From contig JBEKFP010000001.1 in assembly GCA_050013255.1 (NCBI GenBank), positions 1,248,001 to 1,312,000 of the forward strand: a stretch of DNA of 64,000 nucleotides, given 5' to 3'. Below are positions 58,725-64,000 of the stretch, one piece after another. The notes beneath the pieces are model-generated. The model was not told the origin of the DNA. It saw only the letters and a list, made by a program, of their open reading frames with translations, and ran no database searches. The DNA is from Candidatus Bathyarchaeia archaeon (GTDB lineage: Archaea; Thermoproteota; Bathyarchaeia; 40CM-2-53-6). The position numbers and the translations under genes were made by a program. The first letter of the stretch is position 1, and every line of letters begins with the position of its first letter.

Positions 58725-58892
58725 CGTCGAGTTGTGCAGGCCGGGGGGAGGCGGGTTTTGGTTGCGCGCGGAACCTGATGCGTTGAGGCCGAGAAATTGC
58801 GACTCGAACCCTCAATATCAAAGGTTCGTATTCATCAGGGTCCACCTGCAGTAGGTTCGACCGTTACACATAGTTGCAGTGCTTTTCGCTTT

Positions 58893-59639
58893 CTATTTCA
58901 GCCGTTTGAAACTCCATGTCCCGATTCCGATCATCACGGCCGCGAACCCGGTTAGGATTAGGAGGTTGAGTGCGATGGGAAGTTGGGAGGAGCCTAGGAT
59001 TAGGCCGCGTAGTCCGTCGACGGCGTAGGTGACTGGGTCGAGGATTGTGAAGATTAGTAGGTATTGTGGCAGGTTCTTGAGTGGGAACAGCGCGCCGCTG
59101 AAGAAGAACATTGGAAAGACCAGAAAGCTCACAATCAATTGGAAACCTTCCACGCTCTCCATATTCGACCCTATGATTAACCCTAGGCTTACGAGCGCCG
59201 ACGCGAGAACAAACATGAACACAAACGAGAAGAGCACGGAGAGAATCGTGTAATTTATCCCTAGAACCAATCCGAACACAAGCATCGCACAACCCTGAAG
59301 CAGCGCATCAATGCTTCCACCAACCATCTTGCCCGCGAAAATCGTTGTACGCGAAAGTGGGGCGACGAGCACTTCCTTGAAGAAGTCGATTTTCCTATCC
59401 CACACAATGTACAGGCCGAAGAAGACGGAGGAGAACAGAATCGACATGGCAAGGATTCCTGGAAAGATGAAGACTTGGTAGTTGACGCCACCCAACGAAA
59501 CCGCGGACCCCAAACCACCCCCAAAGACTACAATCCATAGCAGGGGAGTGATGAGGGACGATACGATGCGCGACTTTTCCCGCGAAAACACCTTCATCTC
59601 CCGGTACCAAAGCGCGTAGAACCCTTCAAGCTCACCCAT
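58893..59639 (-). CDS. ABC-2 type permease (DrrB-like)
   Basis: PGILAM..LF.S, DR...F.KE.LVAP, FFSGALFP, P.TYAVD.LR. Confidence 0.92.
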   Translation of the reverse strand: MGELEGFYALWYREMKVFSREKSRIVSSLITPLLWIVVFGGGLGSAVSLGGVNYQVFIFPGILAMSILFSSVFFGLYIVWDRKIDFFKEVLVAPLSRTTIFAGKMVGGSIDALLQGCAMLVFGLVLGINYTILSVLFSFVFMFVLASALVSLGLIIGSNMESVEGFQLIVSFLVFPMFFFSGALFPLKNLPQYLLIFTILDPVTYAVDGLRGLILGSSQLPIALNLLILTGFAAVMIGIGTWSFKRLK

Positions 59640-60610
59640 CAGCGCCCACTCCTCACCCGTGCAATTCGCTCGAAGACGCCGCCTTCACCCGACTCCTCCC
59701 TAATCTCACGCCCAGTATAGTGGAGGAAGACGTCGTTCAGGGTGGCCGTGCGAACCTCCACAGAATCCACCGCACCAACCATCCCGAGAATTTCCTGCAA
59801 ATGCACACTAGCATCCTTAACCGTCAATCGCAGCGTACTCCCCGACTGGTCTATGCTGAGTACATAATCCAAACCTTTCAGGCGTTCAATGTTTGGCGAG
59901 CGGACGCGGAGCTTGATGATTTCCCCGCCCACCTTCGACTTCAACGCCCCCGGGCTATCCAAAGCGGAAACCTTGCCGTGGTCGATTATGGCTACGCGGT
60001 TACAGAGCCTATCCGCTTCGTCCATGTAATGCGTCGTAATTATCACGCTAACCCTCTCGGATTTCACGAGGTTCTCAATGTACGCCCAAATGTGCTCCCG
60101 AGTCTGCGGGTCCAATCCCAACGTGGGTTCGTCGAGAAAGAGGATCCTAGGGTTATGCAATAACCCCCGCGCCAACTCCAGCCTCCTGCGCATTCCGCCG
60201 GAATACTTCTTCACGACATCGTTCGCGCGGTCCTGTAGGTCCACTAGGTTGAGGACGTAGTCTATGCGCTTCCGCCGCTCGTCCTTCGGGACGCCGAACA
60301 TAAGCGCATGCAGGTACAAGTTCTCCCGGCCGGTCAAGACGTCGTCGCTGCTGGGGTCCTGGAATACGATACCAATCGAACGCCGCACATCAGCCGGGTG
60401 GGATAGAATATCGTACCCGTTCACGCGTCCTGTCCCCGAGGTTGGCTTCAGAAGCGTGGCGAGCATAGAAAGCGTCGTAGTCTTCCCCGCCCCATTAGGG
60501 CCGACGAGCCCAAAGATTTCACCCTCCTCAATGCTCAGGTTCAACGAATCAACAGCCAGCAAATCCCCATACCGCTTCGTCAACCCTTCAGTTTCTACGG
60601 CGTGAACCAT
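59639..60610 (-). CDS. ABC transporter ATP-binding protein (DrrA-like)
   Basis: GPNGAGKTT, YSGGMRRRLE, LFLDEPT, TTHYMDEA. Confidence 0.95.
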   Translation of the reverse strand: MVHAVETEGLTKRYGDLLAVDSLNLSIEEGEIFGLVGPNGAGKTTTLSMLATLLKPTSGTGRVNGYDILSHPADVRRSIGIVFQDPSSDDVLTGRENLYLHALMFGVPKDERRKRIDYVLNLVDLQDRANDVVKKYSGGMRRRLELARGLLHNPRILFLDEPTLGLDPQTREHIWAYIENLVKSERVSVIITTHYMDEADRLCNRVAIIDHGKVSALDSPGALKSKVGGEIIKLRVRSPNIERLKGLDYVLSIDQSGSTLRLTVKDASVHLQEILGMVGAVDSVEVRTATLNDVFLHYTGREIREESGEGGVFERIARVRSGR

Positions 60611-60848
60611 TGAGCATCATTCCGCTACGCAACGGACTAGATTGCGTGCCTTAAATTGACTAGCTGGGGTGCCTCGTGATGTCATACTTGCAGATTTGCG
60701 ATCGCCGAGGGGGAAACCATCAGTATCACTGAGATGATCGCCAAGAATCCGATTACGAAGACGAAAACCCCGAGGAAGATGAGTTGCATTCTGTCGTGTG
60801 GTGTGAGTCACTTGGTAGCGCCGAAAACCCTGGTGGGGTTCTTAGTAG

Positions 60849-62291
60849 TTAGTCTTGCCTGCGACCGCATCTGAGACAGAATAGACTTCCTCGAGAAAGA
60901 TTGTGGCCACAGGTGAGACAGAACTGAACTTTACTACGTCTCTTGAGGGTGACAGCACTTACTAAGACGACTGCAATGATGATGACAGCGATTGCGGGCA
61001 GGATGATGCCAGGATTCAGTGACCACTCGGCATGAATTGTCATTGGAGCGTTAACGGTTATCAGAGAGGACCCGTCAGGTCGTGGGCTTCCGGTGTAGTC
61101 GCCTCCCCATCCACTAAAAGTGGACCTTACACCCAATAGTCCCAGGACGCCTTCAGCTTGGATTGATGTAGTCCTCACGCCGATTTCTGCTTCGCTGCCC
61201 GCGTCATACCAACCTGAGCCAAAGGTTGATCCCAGAGTTGAGGTGACTGTCACCAAGTACTGCTTAACGTAGACAGCTGAGAGAGACATGTTCTGATCGG
61301 CAGTGAATCCATTCGCTGTGTAGGTCCCGTCAGTCCAGCCTTCTAGGTAGTATCGTTCGCCATCACTAATTGGAATCGTCAACTGAGCTTGCGGCGCAAC
61401 CTCAGAACCTTCAACGTACCATCCGTTTCCTATCGCAGAACCAACTGCGGAAGTTACACTAACATAGAACCATGGCCAAAGGCCCTGCCCTTTAGTCTTA
61501 ATGGGCAGACCGCTTCCTGCTAACCAATGATTATTCTCTCCAGGGACGCTTTCGACTCCGTACGGAAAGGTACCACTGTAACTGGAGCTTGTTACACCGT
61601 AGCAGCATAATGACGCAGCGGCGGACACTTGATGCCAAACTCCAGTGGTCTCTCGGTAGGACAGGTTGCGGAACTCCACAGGACCAAGGACGTTGTCAGT
61701 CCAATACGTTTGCGCTGATTCAGCCACAGCGTATGGCCCGGAGCCTCTTGAGTCACCTACGCTGAGGTCGATCTGTCCGAGTTGTTTATCGTTCGCGAAC
61801 GCCGACCAAATCGTGCCCATACTTGTTAGCGAGAACTTCACCCATGTCCCATTCTTTCCAGCGGTCCGTCCTTCGTTTCCCAAGAATCCCCCCTTATTTT
61901 CATTAGCTGTTCCCGGAAGGAAGTACTCCCAAAATAAACTCGGATGTCCGCTGTTATATTGAGGATTCAACATGAAACCTACTTGGATGAACGCGTCGTT
62001 CGGAAGGTTGACGCCTACCCAGTAGGAGTCGTCAATATCAGCATGGTTGAGTTTCTGATCCAAAATTCTGATTTCAACGCTCGCCCCGGTGATCGGCTGG
62101 CCAAAGTGATCTCCGTATCCTCTGTTGCTTGAAGCCCATGCTCCCACCTGAAACCAATACAAGTCGGACGTAACCTTGGCCACGTCAGCAGGTGAAGACG
62201 GGAGATGAGACTTCAAGCTAATGGGATCTATCTTTGGTATTGAAGGTAGAACTATCAGGATTAGCAGTAAGAGTAGTAATCGATGTCTCAT
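60849..62291 (-). CDS. Surface protein: G1-peptidase-like domain, InlB-B-like repeats, TM, cytoplasmic zinc ribbon
   Basis: Signal peptide; SYWVG...FIQVG; QYLVTV.S..G...GSGWY..GS; FCLTCG...FCLRCG. Confidence 0.65.
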   Translation of the reverse strand: MRHRLLLLLLILIVLPSIPKIDPISLKSHLPSSPADVAKVTSDLYWFQVGAWASSNRGYGDHFGQPITGASVEIRILDQKLNHADIDDSYWVGVNLPNDAFIQVGFMLNPQYNSGHPSLFWEYFLPGTANENKGGFLGNEGRTAGKNGTWVKFSLTSMGTIWSAFANDKQLGQIDLSVGDSRGSGPYAVAESAQTYWTDNVLGPVEFRNLSYRETTGVWHQVSAAASLCCYGVTSSSYSGTFPYGVESVPGENNHWLAGSGLPIKTKGQGLWPWFYVSVTSAVGSAIGNGWYVEGSEVAPQAQLTIPISDGERYYLEGWTDGTYTANGFTADQNMSLSAVYVKQYLVTVTSTLGSTFGSGWYDAGSEAEIGVRTTSIQAEGVLGLLGVRSTFSGWGGDYTGSPRPDGSSLITVNAPMTIHAEWSLNPGIILPAIAVIIIAVVLVSAVTLKRRSKVQFCLTCGHNLSRGSLFCLRCGRRQD

Positions 62292-62302
62292 TCACTTTGA
62301 CG

Positions 62303-63151
62303 CTACTCTTGGGCAGTGCCACATTTGTTACAGAACTTGGAGCCAGCAGGCAATGGTTTTCCACAATTTATGCAGACGTTCCCTTCATCATCCTTGCCCT
62401 TAACTCTTCTCGGCTTCCTTGTTGTCCTTGACCTAACAACGTACAATAACGCCACAACTGCAAAGACCACTGCGATAATTCCTCCAATAAGCTCAGGGTT
62501 GATGCTTAAGCCGAGCCCGGTAGGCATTTGCGTAACTTGAATCGAGGTAACAGTCTGCGTTGCCGTCGGCGTCGCCTGATTCGTAACCACATTGTAGACC
62601 GTGGAAGTTTGTTCTTGATTGAAGGTGGCGACTAGAACAAATGGAGTCGTGATTGCGCTATTCCCGCTTGTCTCAGTTGAAAAGATGAAGTAGTACCAGC
62701 CGGTTGGTGGGTTTTTCCAATCCAATGAATACGTTGAGGTTAAATCATATACCGCAAGTTCGGCCACATACGGTGTATTGCCGCATTCTGAATGATTGAA
62801 ATCAGAAAACTGTTTCTGGTTCATAATGTAGAAGTCGATTTTGCTGCTTGGTGGTCCAATTGTGCCGGTAACGTCTATGGTCCCTGGGTCGATGGTTATG
62901 TTCCAATAATCAAAAGTGCAAATATGCGTACCCGAATTGCCTATTGTGTCAGTCGTGCTAATGAAAGTGTTTGATGATACAATGGTTTGGGTTGTAGTTC
63001 CGATAGTGTTCGTGGAATAGACAGTTTGCGTGAGGAGTCCGGTGGTTGTCAGAACATCTGTCACAGTAGTAAAGGTCTGGCTCGCAGTAGATGGAACTGA
63101 AGCTATTGCAAACACGATGGATAGAATCAAAAGAAGCGTGCTAAATCGCAA
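62303..63151 (-). CDS. Thr-rich surface protein with TM and C-terminal zinc ribbon
   Basis: Signal peptide; DFYIM...QF..F domain; CINCG...FCNKCG. Confidence 0.75.
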   Translation of the reverse strand: MRFSTLLLILSIVFAIASVPSTASQTFTTVTDVLTTTGLLTQTVYSTNTIGTTTQTIVSSNTFISTTDTIGNSGTHICTFDYWNITIDPGTIDVTGTIGPPSSKIDFYIMNQKQFSDFNHSECGNTPYVAELAVYDLTSTYSLDWKNPPTGWYYFIFSTETSGNSAITTPFVLVATFNQEQTSTVYNVVTNQATPTATQTVTSIQVTQMPTGLGLSINPELIGGIIAVVFAVVALLYVVRSRTTRKPRRVKGKDDEGNVCINCGKPLPAGSKFCNKCGTAQE

Positions 63152-63200
63152 AAGAATCCGAATACTGGGTCAACAGATTTCGATTTAACACTTTACATTA

Positions 63201-63281
63201 TTACGTATGCCATCGGACTCGATGCTGGGAATTCTTGAGGACACCACGCCACGGGAGGACCGGCAGCTTAGAGGCTGACAG
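63201..63281 (-). pseudogene. hicA: Truncated HicA toxin (N-terminus only)
   Basis: SKLPVLPWRGVLK overlapping the hicB stop, then premature stop. Confidence 0.55.
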
Positions 63282-63489
63282 TCACTAGTTCCAGCTTGTC
63301 AGGCTTCTGTGCTTGGGCCCGAGTTTCCAGCTCCTCAAGAACTAGTTCAATTGCTTCTCTAATGTTCAGCAGGGCTTCCTTTTCGGTCTCTCCTTGGCTG
63401 ATGGCGGCGGGCAATTCGACGCATCGCACAGAATAGCCCCCAGTCTCCTCCTTCTTGAGAGCAACAGTAAACGTAATGGCTCTTGACAT
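63268..63489 (-). CDS. hicB: HicB family antitoxin
   Basis: GGYSV.C.ELP.AISQGET..EAL.NIREAI.L.LE. Confidence 0.9.
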   Translation of the reverse strand: MSRAITFTVALKKEETGGYSVRCVELPAAISQGETEKEALLNIREAIELVLEELETRAQAQKPDKLELVTVSL

Positions 63490-63843
63490 GGCCCTTCAAC
63501 AATCTCTTGTGGTCGGTGTCATTTATGCTTCACCTTCATGGGCAAAGGGTTTTGGCCCCTGGGATCGAGGAGTATCTGATCGGTCAACAAATTGCTTCTT
63601 CTCATGATGTGGGAAATTTCGAGAGAGTCCCCGGACTATGTTGCGTGGGTTAAATTGACTGGCTCTAAACGCCTCTCCAACCAGAAGAACTTTTTTTCAA
63701 TCTGTATCTTGAGGAGGCAGCGTGAAATATCGAAGATGGGATGTAAGAGTTTGCAAGGCGATGCGAATTGAGGACCCAGCCGCAATGTGTAATTCTTTGT
63801 ATGCAATAAGTAAGCTCAGAACCAATGAGAGGAGGATGATGAC

Positions 63844-64000
63844 ATGAAATTGGCACTCGCGTTTCTTGTTACCTCAGCGCTTCTCCTGTTAGTCTCCCTG
63901 TTCAGCCCAGCGTTCGCTCAGCCGACCCAGGTTTCATACGTCGTCAACCTGAACTCGTTCAGTCTACAGGTAATGTACCCATCAGAAGTTATGCCCGGCG
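63844..64000 (+). CDS. Secreted protein, 3'-partial
   Basis: GGAGG RBS; signal peptide MKLALAFLV...PAFAQ; runs off the window end. Confidence 0.7.
   Translation, partial: MKLALAFLVTSALLLLVSLFSPAFAQPTQVSYVVNLNSFSLQVMYPSEVMPG

Noticed and set aside
1-64000. CRISPR array, rRNA genes, transposases, integrase
   Set aside because: No regularly spaced repeats or recognisable motifs seen.

Overview
Archaeal chromosomal window. Gene content (A-type ATP synthase, GGAGGTG-type RBS, many zinc-ribbon proteins, DUF3227-like protein) suggests a TACK lineage such as Bathyarchaeia; the taxon is inferred. 0.7-9.3 kb holds a complete A/V-type ATP synthase set split into two convergent units (I-K on +, F-H-E-A-B-D-C on -). 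9-48 kb is mixed housekeeping and metabolic content: ZIP and NRAMP transporters, heme o synthase with a CuA-like cupredoxin, MFS proteins, an HtpX/SPFH cluster, oxidoreductases, GalT, mobAB, and a Tat-exported molybdopterin oxidoreductase operon. It also contains several small ORFs missed by the ORF track and a ~230-nt strongly base-paired, unassigned ncRNA candidate at 24.7-24.95 kb. 48.4-58.7 kb is an accessory island: a VapBC-like pair, a palindromic cos-like region with an orphan TerS-TerL module, then about 11 small related coiled-coil/HTH genes in three recurring classes. These are interleaved with defence-type effectors (DUF4062, PD-(D/E)XK-like nuclease, wHTH-AlbA_2, HNH), and the island ends at a tRNA 3'-end fragment. 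This HTH-array/variable-effector locus is the best candidate for an undescribed system. The window ends with a DrrAB-type ABC exporter, surface proteins, and HicB with a truncated HicA. All family calls come from motif recognition, not database searches.
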